A stretch of 64,000 nt of DNA from an uncultured Candidatus Rokubacteria bacterium (GCA_963805625.1 CAWDVE010000013.1:352001-416000); one strand, 5' to 3'. Positions 36,454 to 46,845 are shown, numbered from the stretch's first letter. Notes: generated from the letters alone by a model not told the origin. Numbers and translations: made by a program.

Positions 36454-37697
36454 TGGCCGCCAATGATCTGCGCGTGTTTCGCAACGTCGGACTGCCGGAT
36501 GCGTCAACGAGCCAGGCCACGTCGACGGTCGGAGAGCCTGCCGTCGCCGTTTCAGGGCTGCAGGCGTACATGACCGGAAACTGGTATGCGAGCCGGTCCG
36601 TGGACGGCGGCGTGACATGGACCCACGTCGACCCCTTCACGAGTCTCCCCTCGGCGGCCGGCGGTTTCTGTTGCGACCAGCTCACCCTTCACGATCGGCG
36701 CCGCGAGCTGTGGATTTGGATTCTCCAGTACATCCCCACCAACAACACCAACGTCTTTCGCCTTGCGGCGACGCGCAACCCCTCGTTCCCCGCTGCGGGC
36801 TGGTATTGGTGGGACATCGCTCCCGCCACGCTCAATGGTCAGTGGGCAAACCTCCAGTTCGACTACCCCGACGCGGCACTGACCAATGACCATCTGTGGG
36901 TCACGTTCAACCTCTTCGATGCCAACGGCCAGTGGCAGCGCGCAGCGGTCATGAAGTTCCCGCTCGCCACTATCGCCAGCGCGGGCATTCTCGGGTTCAG
37001 CTGGTGGTCATCCACCCAGCACGGCTCGCTGCGGCTCACGCAAGGCGCGGGCCAGTCGATGTACTTCGGCAGCCACACATCGACCGCTCAGCTGCGGCTC
37101 TTCAAGTGGGACGACGCGAACAACACGATCAACTGGTGGGACGTGACCGTCGGGCAGTGGACCGCCGGCAACTTCGCCTCGATTGCGCCGAATGGCGTCA
37201 ACTGGCTCGGCCGCGTCGACCCTCGCATCACGGGTGCCTGGGTCGCGCAGAACCGCGTGGGGTTCATGTGGACCGGCGGCACGCAGGCGAACCGACCCAA
37301 CCCTTACATTCGCGTCGTCAGAATCAACGAGACCACCAAACAGGTCGCCGACGAGCCGGATATCTTCAGCAACCTGAACGCGTGGGCGTATCCGTCCGCG
37401 AGCCCGAACGAGCGGGGCGAGCTCGGACTCTCGGCTTTCTACGGCGGGCCCACCCGGCATCCCAGTCCGGTCATCGGGGTCCGGGACGACCCGGCGAACG
37501 CCTGGAAGACGCAGTTCAGCGTGGGAGCCACCAACTCGCCGACCACGGCGGCCTGGGGAGACTACCTGAGGTGCCACGCACACGCCCCCTACGGCCACAC
37601 CTGGATCGCCAGCGGCTACAGCCTCCAGGGGGGCTCCAATCGACGGAATGTCGAGCCGCGATACGCGCACTTTGGGTTCGAGAAGGACACGCCGTAG
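36453..37697 (+). CDS. Uncharacterised beta-propeller-like protein (414 aa)
   Basis: VGEPAVA, Asp-box SVDGGVTW, FCCDQ, FDYP, WGDY; Trp-rich; no signal peptide. Confidence 0.85.
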   Translation: MAANDLRVFRNVGLPDASTSQATSTVGEPAVAVSGLQAYMTGNWYASRSVDGGVTWTHVDPFTSLPSAAGGFCCDQLTLHDRRRELWIWILQYIPTNNTNVFRLAATRNPSFPAAGWYWWDIAPATLNGQWANLQFDYPDAALTNDHLWVTFNLFDANGQWQRAAVMKFPLATIASAGILGFSWWSSTQHGSLRLTQGAGQSMYFGSHTSTAQLRLFKWDDANNTINWWDVTVGQWTAGNFASIAPNGVNWLGRVDPRITGAWVAQNRVGFMWTGGTQANRPNPYIRVVRINETTKQVADEPDIFSNLNAWAYPSASPNERGELGLSAFYGGPTRHPSPVIGVRDDPANAWKTQFSVGATNSPTTAAWGDYLRCHAHAPYGHTWIASGYSLQGGSNRRNVEPRYAHFGFEKDTP

Positions 37698-37754
37698 GCG
37701 TCCGAGGTGGTGCACACGTGACTGCCGGCAGTGGTCGAAGCTCCGTGTGCACCG

Positions 37755-37925
37755 CCCGCGAACGGCCGAACTCCAGCCGCCGCGTCTTCCCCGGGCGCCG
37801 CTCCAGGCGGAGCTGCGCCAACCGCACGCCCAGTGCGGCCAGCACACCGCTCGCGCCTCGGCGCGGTGCTCGAACCCACGATGACGTCGTCCGCGTACCG
37901 CACAACGACCACCTGCTGGACCCAG
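37755..37925 (-). pseudogene. Group II intron reverse-transcriptase relic
   Basis: VVVRYADDVIVG, then after frameshifts RLAQLRLERRPGKTRRLEFGR (RT domains 5-7). Confidence 0.7.
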
Positions 37926-38021
37926 AGTTCAAAAGGAGTCAGCCATGATTGACCGAGCCGTGCGAGGACCCGCGATCCACTGGATGTATTGCGCAGCATC
38001 GATCGCACTGGTGGCACGCTG

Positions 38022-39629
38022 ATGGCCTTTTCACAAGAGCGGCAACCAGCACAGTCTTTGCGAGGCGCGGCGTCGATCGGAGCGGCGACTTTCAAATCGC
38101 TGGCGGTCGACCTGAAGACCTTGAGGCGATTGCCGGCGTGGAGGCAAGGCGACCGGCCCCAGGAAGTCAACCCCCGGCAGCATCACGATCGGGAAGCTCG
38201 TGTGGTTGAGATGCTCAGGAGGCGAGTACTCGATCCGACTCCCAGAATTGATCCCCTCCTCGGGTTTCAAAGAAGAGCCCTCGAAAACCGTCTTGCCTTC
38301 TCGACGGTGAAGGAACTCACGCCTGGCCCGGTCAACATCGAAGGACAGGGGTTTACCGGAGTCAATCCGCCAGATGTTACGGGGGATGTCAGCAAGGATC
38401 ACTATATTCAGGCAATAAACAGTGCGGATGGCACCTCATACACACTCTACAGGAAGGCCGATGGGTCGGTTGAGGCCGGACCCTTCCTGTTGAGCGACTT
38501 GGGTGGCCAGGATGTGACTGGCCTGGGCGACCCGATCGTCCTCTATGATCACTTGGCAGATCGGTGGCTTCTCAGCGAATTTACCAAGACGCCAGTCAAT
38601 GCGGTCCACGTCTATATCTCGAAGACGCCCGATCCTGTCGTTGGCGGCTGGCATCACTATCGCTTCGACACTCCCACGTTCCCCGACTATCCGAAGTTTG
38701 GCGTGTGGCCCGACGCCTATTACATGACATCCAACGAGAGCGATGGACCGGCAGTCTACGCTCTCGATCGGGCGAAGATGCTCGCAGGCACGGCTCAACC
38801 AACCCTGCAGCGATTCGTAGCCGACCAATTGCACGGTTTCGGTTTCCAGGCACTCACGCCCGTTGACCTGGATGGCTCAACGCCACCCCCGCCAGGGTCT
38901 CCCTTCTATGTGATGCGCCACCGAGATGACGAAGTGCACAATGTGAATGCCAACGTCGTTGGCCAAGACTTCCTGGAAATGTTCGAATTGCGGATCGACT
39001 GGGCCAATCCAGCCAATTCGAGCATGGTGGGCCCGAACAGCCTCTCCATTGCGGAATTCGACTCCGATCTGAACGGATTGACCTCCTTCAGCTGCTTTCC
39101 GCAGATGGGATCGAGTATCCGCCTGGACCCTCTCCGGGAGGTCATCATGAATCGACTGCCGTATCGAAACTTCGGGACTCATGAAACCATCGTGGGCTCC
39201 TTCGTGACTGATGTTGATGGTCAAGACCACGGCGGAGTGCGTTGGTTCGAGCTTCGAAAGACCCCGGGTGGAAACTGGGTCGTGCACCAGGAAGGAACGT
39301 ATGCCCCTGATGGGCATAGTCGCTGGATGTCCAGCATCGCAATGGACGGAAGCGGCAACATCGCGATCGCGTACAATGTCACCAGCGCCACGATGTTTCC
39401 GAGCTTGAGATATGCAGGGAGATTGGCTTCGGATCCGATGAGCACCATGCCTCGCGGAGAGCTGACGTTGATCGCTGGCACGGCCCCCAACGCCAGCTTT
39501 CGCTATGGCGACTATTCCACGCTGAGTGTCGACCCCACGGATGATCATCTGTTCTGGTTTACCGGAGAGTACAATCCAGCAAGTACGTGGTCCACGCGCA
39601 TTGGCACGTTCCGATTTGCTGAACAGTAG
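38022..39629 (+). CDS. Uncharacterised beta-propeller-like protein (PPD/GDP/DYPK/GDYS type)
   Basis: NPPDVTGDV, GDPIVLYD..DRW, FPDYPKFG, GVRWFELR, RYGDYS. Visibly lower GC than flanks; start uncertain. Confidence 0.85.
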   Translation: MAFSQERQPAQSLRGAASIGAATFKSLAVDLKTLRRLPAWRQGDRPQEVNPRQHHDREARVVEMLRRRVLDPTPRIDPLLGFQRRALENRLAFSTVKELTPGPVNIEGQGFTGVNPPDVTGDVSKDHYIQAINSADGTSYTLYRKADGSVEAGPFLLSDLGGQDVTGLGDPIVLYDHLADRWLLSEFTKTPVNAVHVYISKTPDPVVGGWHHYRFDTPTFPDYPKFGVWPDAYYMTSNESDGPAVYALDRAKMLAGTAQPTLQRFVADQLHGFGFQALTPVDLDGSTPPPPGSPFYVMRHRDDEVHNVNANVVGQDFLEMFELRIDWANPANSSMVGPNSLSIAEFDSDLNGLTSFSCFPQMGSSIRLDPLREVIMNRLPYRNFGTHETIVGSFVTDVDGQDHGGVRWFELRKTPGGNWVVHQEGTYAPDGHSRWMSSIAMDGSGNIAIAYNVTSATMFPSLRYAGRLASDPMSTMPRGELTLIAGTAPNASFRYGDYSTLSVDPTDDHLFWFTGEYNPASTWSTRIGTFRFAEQ

Positions 39630-39807
39630 CGCGTCGTGCTGCGCCTGAATACGAGAGATGTCGACCTCGGGTCAACGGCAGCGGGCTTGCGGGGGTGCCA
39701 ATGCCAGGGCGCCCGCTGCCACCCACCGGACGGGCAGTTCCCGTGAAGGCGGTTCTGACGGCTGATTCAACGCTGGGTACGAATCGAAGAGACAGTAGAG
39801 GCACATC

Positions 39808-40431
39808 TTGTCACTGACCTATTGGGGAGCATATGGGGGGGTCACGTTCATAGCTCTCCTGGGTCTCGCGGCCGATGCGAGCGGGCAGGGTGAGCGCCGG
39901 CAGCAGTCTCGTCAAGTGGTTCAAGACCATCTGAATTCCCTTGGCAGCGTCAGAATGGGCAAGCGGCTCACACTCGAAGACCTTCAAAACGAAGATCTTC
40001 GCAAGATATTCGATCGATGTGACTTCTTCCTGCTGCGCTATCCACGGTACCCGGTCGAGGTCGTTCCCGTGACGCCACTTCGGGTGAACAATCTGTTCAT
40101 CGTCTGCGATGGACACGTCACCCGAGTGTCGGATGAACCCGAGCTGAGAGATTTCTTTCTGCAGCGGTTTCCGGTCGCGGCGGATGACACAATGATGGCC
40201 GACGGAGCTCGCTCCTGGCTGTTTCTCGCACAAGAGTTACAGCAGGACGGATTCCTTTCATTCGGGAGTCCTTCCATCAGGACGACCGGCTCCGTGTCTG
40301 AAGGATTCGTGGATGTCACGAAGGACAGTGGTGAGGGCAGACTGAGTGTTACCATGGAGTTTACCGGGGGCAAGCTCTCGAACGTGAGTTCAGGAGGGCA
40401 GGCAGTTCCTGGAGCTCGAAGACTGAAATAG
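39808..40431 (+). CDS. Hypothetical, probably exported protein
   Basis: Hydrophobic N-terminus ending ADASG; lower GC like the upstream gene. Confidence 0.65.
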   Translation: MSLTYWGAYGGVTFIALLGLAADASGQGERRQQSRQVVQDHLNSLGSVRMGKRLTLEDLQNEDLRKIFDRCDFFLLRYPRYPVEVVPVTPLRVNNLFIVCDGHVTRVSDEPELRDFFLQRFPVAADDTMMADGARSWLFLAQELQQDGFLSFGSPSIRTTGSVSEGFVDVTKDSGEGRLSVTMEFTGGKLSNVSSGGQAVPGARRLK

Positions 40432-40797
40432 GAACGTGGAAGCGTCGCGTAACCAGGAGGACAGGCATGTGACTGCTGCGCCTTCTGTCAGCTCGATCCG
40501 TCCCGTCAACGTCGACGTTCGGCCGGCCTGGTCGATGACGGCCGGCATGATCACCCTGGCCCCAGCGCGCCCTGGTGCTCGACCCCCAGCGCACCGCGCC
40601 GCGTCCACGCCTGCGGACCTCCGATCGGCTGCCTCGGGTCCGGCTGTCGCGTCTGTGGAGCGGTTGGACGGATGCCGCTCCGTGGTCCCCCCTCCGCCGT
40701 GATCCGGATGGCAGCGGTCCGGCTTCAAGCTTCGTGAGTCCCCCGAGCGAAAGGGCGACTCGAGAGCGAGCCAGGTCTCGAAAAGGAGGAGAACGTG

Positions 40798-41112
40798 ATG
40801 GCCGACGAGGATGTGCACCGTGTCGAGCTCCGAGCCCACACCGTCGAGGAGCTTCGCTCCTTCCTCGACGGGGCAGGTCTGGATCTCGGCTGTCGTCCGG
40901 TGGTGCGCCGAGAATCCGGCGGTTTGGTCGCCGAGGTGTACGCGACCATGCCTCAAATCGAGCGGCTGCGAACCGCGAGGAGCGCTTCGCGGGTAACCGT
41001 GAGCGTCATCGAGAACGCGACGCAGACCGGCCGGGCGCGGCAGGGTGAAGTCGGTTCGGGGAACCGCTTTGCCGGACGGCGGGCGCCGCGCGGCCTGGGG
41101 ATCAAGGAGTAG
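40798..41112 (+). CDS. Small protein resembling a stand-alone M14 activation (pro)domain
   Basis: AGGAG RBS; alternating beta/alpha pattern; ends 6 bp before the carboxypeptidase start. Confidence 0.7.
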   Translation: MADEDVHRVELRAHTVEELRSFLDGAGLDLGCRPVVRRESGGLVAEVYATMPQIERLRTARSASRVTVSVIENATQTGRARQGEVGSGNRFAGRRAPRGLGIKE

Positions 41113-41118
41113 CATCAC

Positions 41119-42213
41119 TTGGCCTACATGAACGTCGAGGAGATCGAGGACGCAATCGCCACACTCGCGGCGTCGAATGGAAGCGTGGCGGAGCTGGTGC
41201 CTCTGCCCAACACGACTCCGGAAGGCCGGCAGTCCCACGCCATACGGATCGGCCCGTCGGATGCGCAAGCGACGAGCGCCGTTGCCATCACGGGAGGCAT
41301 TCATGCCCGCGAATGGGTCCCGCCCGATGCTCTCGTCAATCTCGCCGCCGACCTGCTAGAAGCGCACTCTGGTGGAACAGGGCTTCGCTACGGCGGCCAA
41401 CGTTTTGGGGCGGATGAAATCCGGAACCTGGTCGAGGGGCTTCAGATCGTCCTCTTCCCGTGCGTCAACCCGGATGGGCGGCACTACAGCCAGACCGCCG
41501 ATCCGATGTGGCGGAAGAATCGGCGGCGCGTCCGCCCCGATCTCGGCTCGCGTTGCGTCGGCGTCGACATCAACCGCAACTTCGATGCCTTGTGGGATTT
41601 CCGCCGTCACTTTGCGCCGGATTCCGGCGTCAGCGCGTCGGACGATCCTTGTGATCCCCAGGTCTACGTGGGACCCGAGCCGGCATCCGAACCGGAGACG
41701 CGTAACGTCGTTTGGTTGCTCGATCGCTATCCGGGCACTCGTTGGTTCATCGACGTGCACAGCCATGTGCCCGCGATCTACCATAACTGGGGCTTCGACG
41801 AGAACCAGACGTCGGATCCCTCGATGAGCTTCCGGAACCCCTTGTTCGACGGTGATCGCGGCCGGGCCGGTGACACGTATCGGGAGTTCATCCCGGGCGA
41901 TGACCTGGAAACGATGTTGGCTCTGGGCGGCAAGATGAATGACGCGATCGCCGCAGCGAGCGGAACGGCCTACGAGTTCAGTCAATCGTTCTCTCTCTAT
42001 CCGACATCCGGGGCCAGCGACGACTACGCCTACAGCCGGCACGCCGTTCAGGCCGCAAACCAGAAGATCCTCGGCTTCACCGTGGAATGCGGCCGCTCGT
42101 TCCAGCCCCCCTGGTCGGACGCGGAGAACGTCATCCGCGAAGTGTGTGCCGGGCTGCTCGCCTTCTGCGTGGCTGCGACCACGGGGTTGTGGCCCACAGG
42201 ACAAGACTCCTGA
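41119..42213 (+). CDS. M14 zinc carboxypeptidase (catalytic domain only)
   Basis: GIHAREW, NPDG, WRKNR, GVDINRNF, DVHS, GASDDY, FTVE. Confidence 0.92.
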   Translation: MAYMNVEEIEDAIATLAASNGSVAELVPLPNTTPEGRQSHAIRIGPSDAQATSAVAITGGIHAREWVPPDALVNLAADLLEAHSGGTGLRYGGQRFGADEIRNLVEGLQIVLFPCVNPDGRHYSQTADPMWRKNRRRVRPDLGSRCVGVDINRNFDALWDFRRHFAPDSGVSASDDPCDPQVYVGPEPASEPETRNVVWLLDRYPGTRWFIDVHSHVPAIYHNWGFDENQTSDPSMSFRNPLFDGDRGRAGDTYREFIPGDDLETMLALGGKMNDAIAAASGTAYEFSQSFSLYPTSGASDDYAYSRHAVQAANQKILGFTVECGRSFQPPWSDAENVIREVCAGLLAFCVAATTGLWPTGQDS

Positions 42214-42317
42214 TCAACGACAAGCCTCTCGAGTGGGTCACCGAGCCCGAATACGAGGATGGACGGATCCCGACCCATCGCGCGATCCATTGACAGGCAC
42301 CCTGCATAGGAGGGCCT

Positions 42318-43772
42318 ATGAACGCGTGGACACGGATCGTCACGGTCGCCGCAATGCTGGGTGCGACGGTGATGCTACCCGGCGTCGGCCTGGCCCAGCA
42401 AGCCGCACCCGTTGTGCCCAACCCGGATCGACGGGATCTGTTCCAGCTCAACGAGCTGGACAGCTACCGTCGATTCTCCCTCGTCTCCAACTTCGAGATC
42501 GTCGGCCACAGTTACTTCCGCGGTCCCTGGGTCGCGCCCGGTGGGCCGGGGGCGGCGTTCAACACCCTCCGGATCTGCGGGAACGTCGCGTACGTCGCCG
42601 GCTACAACCCCACCGTGTTCGGGGCCCTCGTCGTGGACGTGAGCGATCCCGCACACATGGAGCCGCTCGCCTTCATCCCGGGTAACCCGGGGACACGGAA
42701 CGCTTATCTCCGCGCCGACTGTCAGCGGAAGATCGTGGCGCTCGGTCACAGCACGAGCGCCGAGAATCTCGCCCAGCCCCCAGCGGGAGCGCAAGTCCGG
42801 AGTGGCGTCAGCTTCCACGACGTCTCCGATCCTCGGCGGCCGGTGAAACTGGGCGAGTGGAACAACCCGGGGGGCCTCACCCACGGAATGGAGATGGATG
42901 ACCGATACGTCTACGTGTGCGGGACGGCCGACCGCTCGAAGCGTCGTCACGAGGAGCTGAACGTCCTCGACTACTCTGACCCTGGCGCCCCGAAGCTGGT
43001 GGGAAGCTACCATGTGATGGGTCAGCGTGAGGGGGAGACGTTCACCGCGATGAACCAGCTCAATCCCAACGGGACCCAGCAGTTCGTCACGTGCCACGAG
43101 GCGATCAAGGAGGGGACGCGCCTCTATCTGGCCTACCGTGACGCGGGGGTCATCGTCCTCGACATCACCGATCCAGCCCGACCCACCGAGCTCGGCGCCT
43201 TCGACTACTCACCCCCCTTCAACGGCGACCCCGGCAATCCGCCGGGGTGCTGCCCCGGCGCCCACACGGCACAGCCCGTGCCCCACGAGGGGAGTACTTG
43301 GCCGCGGCTGCTCGTTCTAACCGACGAGCACTTCTCCTGCCCGCCCGGCTTCGTCCGGATCCTCGACATCTCGAATCTCCGGGCGATGCAGGTGCTCTCG
43401 ACAATCCACGTCGCGGGGGTGGACGATCAGTACGATCACGCGACGGGAAAGTTCCTCTGCCCGCCGGGGCAGCAGTCCGCGCACCTGCCCTACTTCGACC
43501 CGCGCGGGCACGGGAGCCTTTTCTACCAGGCCTGGTACGATCAGGGCCTTCGGGCGTTCGACATCTCCAATCCCTTCAGCCCGAAGGAGGTCGGTTACTT
43601 CATCTCGCCGGACTTCTCGGTACCGAAGCAGGTGGGCCGCCACACGCGTGAGGCCTACGTGGATCCGGCGACGAGCCTGATCTACGTCACCGACGGCAAC
43701 GGGGGCGGCCTCGCCGTCCTCCGGTATATCGGGCCGATTCCCTCCCGGCCCCCGGTACCTGGCGCTCGCTGA
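42318..43772 (+). CDS. Secreted LVIVD-repeat beta-propeller protein
   Basis: Signal peptide (..GLA|QQ); repeats LVVDVSDP, FHDVSDP, IVLDITDP, RILDISN, RAFDISNP; several conserved-looking His. Confidence 0.88.
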   Translation: MNAWTRIVTVAAMLGATVMLPGVGLAQQAAPVVPNPDRRDLFQLNELDSYRRFSLVSNFEIVGHSYFRGPWVAPGGPGAAFNTLRICGNVAYVAGYNPTVFGALVVDVSDPAHMEPLAFIPGNPGTRNAYLRADCQRKIVALGHSTSAENLAQPPAGAQVRSGVSFHDVSDPRRPVKLGEWNNPGGLTHGMEMDDRYVYVCGTADRSKRRHEELNVLDYSDPGAPKLVGSYHVMGQREGETFTAMNQLNPNGTQQFVTCHEAIKEGTRLYLAYRDAGVIVLDITDPARPTELGAFDYSPPFNGDPGNPPGCCPGAHTAQPVPHEGSTWPRLLVLTDEHFSCPPGFVRILDISNLRAMQVLSTIHVAGVDDQYDHATGKFLCPPGQQSAHLPYFDPRGHGSLFYQAWYDQGLRAFDISNPFSPKEVGYFISPDFSVPKQVGRHTREAYVDPATSLIYVTDGNGGGLAVLRYIGPIPSRPPVPGAR

Positions 43773-43815
43773 CAATCATCGATCCGTCGGTAGATGCGCA
43801 ACTACGGAACTTGGC

Positions 43816-44466
43816 TTAGCCGGACGCGAGGCGTAGCAGCCCGCGCGCGGCGAACCCGAGCATGAGGATGCTGGTGGTGCCCTGCGTGACCGCATCCCAC
43901 AGCGGGGTCGCGAAGCGTGCGCCCATTCGTACCGCGCTGCAGAGCACCAGGCCCCACACGCACGCCCCGAGCACCACGCACGCGGCGACCACGAGCGCGC
44001 TGCCGAGCGACAGCGCCCCCACACTCTGCGTGTTGCCCACGACGGCGATCCAGAACGCCACGTTCCACGGGCTGGAGAGCGCCATGCCCACGCCCAGGAA
44101 GTAGCCGCCGCGCGTGGAGTCGAGCGCACGCCGTTCGGGCAGTGGCTGGTCGGCGCGCCACGCCCTCCACGAGCGGACCGCACCGCACAGGAACATCCAA
44201 CAGAGCATGAGGAGGAGCACGCTGCTTGTGACGATCATCCCGGCCCGGACGCCGGGGAGTGCGACCACGACTCCGGCACCCAGCGTGATGAGCAGGGCCC
44301 ATAGGAAGTCGGCCGAGGACGCACCAAGCCCAACTGCGTAGGCCGGCCAGAATCCGCGCGACAGCCCGCGGCGGATCATCTCCGCGTTGATTGGGCCGGG
44401 TGGCCATGCAACGCTCAAACCGAGTGCGAAACCAGTTGCAGCCAGAGTGGTAACGTCGGCACTCAC
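43816..44466 (-). CDS. LysE/RhtB-family translocator
   Basis: PPGPIN, G..G..SAD, G..ALSSPWNVAFW; about 6 TM helices. Confidence 0.85.
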   Translation of the reverse strand: MSADVTTLAATGFALGLSVAWPPGPINAEMIRRGLSRGFWPAYAVGLGASSADFLWALLITLGAGVVVALPGVRAGMIVTSSVLLLMLCWMFLCGAVRSWRAWRADQPLPERRALDSTRGGYFLGVGMALSSPWNVAFWIAVVGNTQSVGALSLGSALVVAACVVLGACVWGLVLCSAVRMGARFATPLWDAVTQGTTSILMLGFAARGLLRLASG

Positions 44467-44709
44467 GGTGTTCGAGCACCCGTCCAGTCCATGAGTTCGT
44501 AGACCGAGCGCACGTCGGAGACGCAAACCAGCACGTAACCCTACTCCCGGAGTGCTCGCTCCGCCTCGTCGAGCCAGCCGGGAGCGTCGATGCGCTCGAA
44601 GATCTCCCGTGCGTTCTCCGGCTCGTAAACCCGGCACTGCGCGAGCAGTGGCGCCCGCTCGGCCTCGCCACTGCCGAGGACGTACTCCATCGACTGCGCC
44701 ATGCTGCCG

Positions 44710-45690
44710 CTATCCCAGCGCCGCGCGCGCAGCGTGCAGCAGCGCTTCCGGCGTGTCGGGGTTGATCGAGCAGTCGGGACCGAGCAGCAGTGCGCGGCTG
44801 TTCGTCTCGCTCACCGCGGCCCGCGTGCGCTCGGCGATCACCGCCGGCGTGAGAGTCGCGATCAGCGGCTTGGCTGGCAGCCCGCCCATCACCGCTCGCC
44901 CCGTCCGGCGGTGCGCGTCACGGAGCGAGGGGTTGCCGTCGCCCAGCGCCCACGACAGCGCGTGCGCCGGATAGTCGAGGAACTCGTCAAAGTGGATGCC
45001 GGGACCGCAGACGTGGAGCGCATTGAACGGCGCCGCCGCCACGGCCGCCAGCACGCGCAGGTCATACGGCCGCTGGAAGCGCCGGCATTCCTCCGCGGAG
45101 AGCAGCCCGAGCCGGGCGACGTTGGTCGCGTAGAACAGCCCATCGGCGCCGGCGCCCAGCGCCAGGCGCGCGTAGCCCGCCAGCGTGTGGGCGATGGCGT
45201 CCAGGGCCGCCTCGAGCGCCTTCGGCTGCTCGCGCCCGATGGCCAGCGCCTGCTTGACCCCGCCCGGCAACAGATAGGGCACCACCATCATGGGCGCGAA
45301 CACCGTCCAGATGATGGGCGGATCACCGCCTACGCCGGCACGGATCCGTCGCAGCGCCTCCAGTTGCTCGCCGAGCGCGCCCGTCGACGGGTTCGCCGGC
45401 TGCAGGCGGGCCAGGTCGGCGGCATCCGCGCAGGGCGCGTGCGTGCGGGTGTACGGCGTTGCCCGCTCGCCCGAGGGCTGGTACCGAAACCCCCAGGCCT
45501 CGGCGAAACATTGCGCGCGCGACTGCGGCTTGAGGTAGTCCCAGTCGAACTCCCGGGCCAGCCGCAGCGACTCGGCGACGAAGCTGTCGATGGCGTTCTC
45601 GGTGGCGAAGTTGTGCAGCCAGAACGAGAGCGGGACCCGGTCCACCGTCTCGCCGCGCAACGCCGCCTTCACCCGGTCTCGCTTGGTCAT
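44710..45690 (-). CDS. Uroporphyrinogen-decarboxylase (URO-D) superfamily protein
   Basis: MTKRDRV..VDRVP, TVFAP, GADGLF, LHVCG, LLLGPDCSI. Not canonical HemE. Confidence 0.85.
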   Translation of the reverse strand: MTKRDRVKAALRGETVDRVPLSFWLHNFATENAIDSFVAESLRLAREFDWDYLKPQSRAQCFAEAWGFRYQPSGERATPYTRTHAPCADAADLARLQPANPSTGALGEQLEALRRIRAGVGGDPPIIWTVFAPMMVVPYLLPGGVKQALAIGREQPKALEAALDAIAHTLAGYARLALGAGADGLFYATNVARLGLLSAEECRRFQRPYDLRVLAAVAAAPFNALHVCGPGIHFDEFLDYPAHALSWALGDGNPSLRDAHRRTGRAVMGGLPAKPLIATLTPAVIAERTRAAVSETNSRALLLGPDCSINPDTPEALLHAARAALG

Positions 45691-46211
45691 CGTCGCCCGG
45701 CACTTACTATAGCTGAGGAGAAAGCCCCAACACCCTCGAGCGCCCCCGAGCGCCCATCGCAATGGTCACGAGGACGGCGAGCCCGAGAAAGGCGAGGGTC
45801 CCCGCGATGTTGATGATCGCTACTTTGAGTGTCGGCTTGATGGCCATCTTGCAGGTGCGCACGCCCCAACGCAGGATCTGGCTTCAGAAATCGCCTTCCG
45901 CAGCGCCGTTACAGCGCCACGGAACATACTGTAATCCCATTTACGGGAACGAGCGCTCCATCCGAGCGATCACCAAGCGAGAGGGGGCTTCGCGCCAGCC
46001 TGACGCACCTGTCATCGCCCCGACTGTTCGCCTTGCGATCGTGGGTGCGGATCGGTGGGCGCGCACGGCAACCCTATCCATCGTGAGGACGATGGTGATC
46101 AGACATGGGACCAGCGGACACGTCGAATACCGCATGTTGATCCCGGCTCTCCCGGTCACCGCGCCTGCAGATGACGAAGCGCGATGGCCCGAGACAGCCG
46201 CCACGCCGTGC

Positions 46212-46242
46212 TTGACACTGGCCGGATCGATGCGTATACCTC
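46212..46242 (+). promoter_or_regulatory. sigma70-like promoter overlapping a putative MarR operator
   Basis: TTGACA-17-TATACC; ATGCGTATACCTC (46230-46242) recurs as ATGCGTATGCCTC at 46816-46828. Confidence 0.5.
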
Positions 46243-46249
46243 ATATGAG

Positions 46250-46771
46250 ATGGCGCCCTCACGGTCCGATCGTGTCTCCGAGCTGTCAGCCCGTGTCGCG
46301 GCCGAATGCGCGGGGGGAGGACTTCGCCGAGCCTCCCGGGCGATCACGCGGTTCTACGAAGCCGCCTTCGCGCCGCTCGATCTGACGGGTACGCAGTTCT
46401 CCATCCTCGTGGCCGTCCACCTGCGGGGCCGCGTGCCGCTGAGCCGGCTGGCTGAGGGCCTGGTGCTGGACCGGACTTCCCTCTACCGCGCGGTGAAGCC
46501 GCTCGTGCGACGCCGGTGTCTTCGGATCCTGCCGGGGCAGACTCGACGGGAGCGGACCGCCACCCTCACCGAGGCGGGCCGCCGGCTCCTGGCGGAGGCG
46601 CTCCCGATCTGGGAGCACGTGCAGGAACGGTTCGTCGGCGCATTGAGCCCCCAGGCCTGGGCGGCGCTCGCCGCAGGCCTTCGGCAGGTGGTGCCCACGG
46701 TGCAAGCCCTCGAGTCGGGCGCGGCGTCGGCGGGGTCACCTCCCGCTCGCCACCAAGCCGGACACCGGTAA
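46250..46771 (+). CDS. MarR-family transcriptional regulator
   Basis: C..LRRASRAITRFY, LTGTQFSIL, LDRTSL, LTEAG..A.P.W...Q. Confidence 0.88.
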   Translation: MAPSRSDRVSELSARVAAECAGGGLRRASRAITRFYEAAFAPLDLTGTQFSILVAVHLRGRVPLSRLAEGLVLDRTSLYRAVKPLVRRRCLRILPGQTRRERTATLTEAGRRLLAEALPIWEHVQERFVGALSPQAWAALAAGLRQVVPTVQALESGAASAGSPPARHQAGHR

Positions 46772-46845
46772 ACGCACGCCATGAATCCGGTCGCGGCCGC
46801 ATGGCGTCCCATATGATGCGTATGCCTCGTTATACGGGAGGGTTG

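Noticed and set aside
37755-37925. YADD motif as a retron, DGR or defence RT
   Set aside because: Only ~55 frameshifted codons remain, and the KTRxxEFGR context is typical of group II introns.
44710-45690. Calling this gene hemE and linking it to the heme operon
   Set aside because: It lacks the HemE WxMRQAGR motif, so it belongs to the broader URO-D/methyltransferase-like family.
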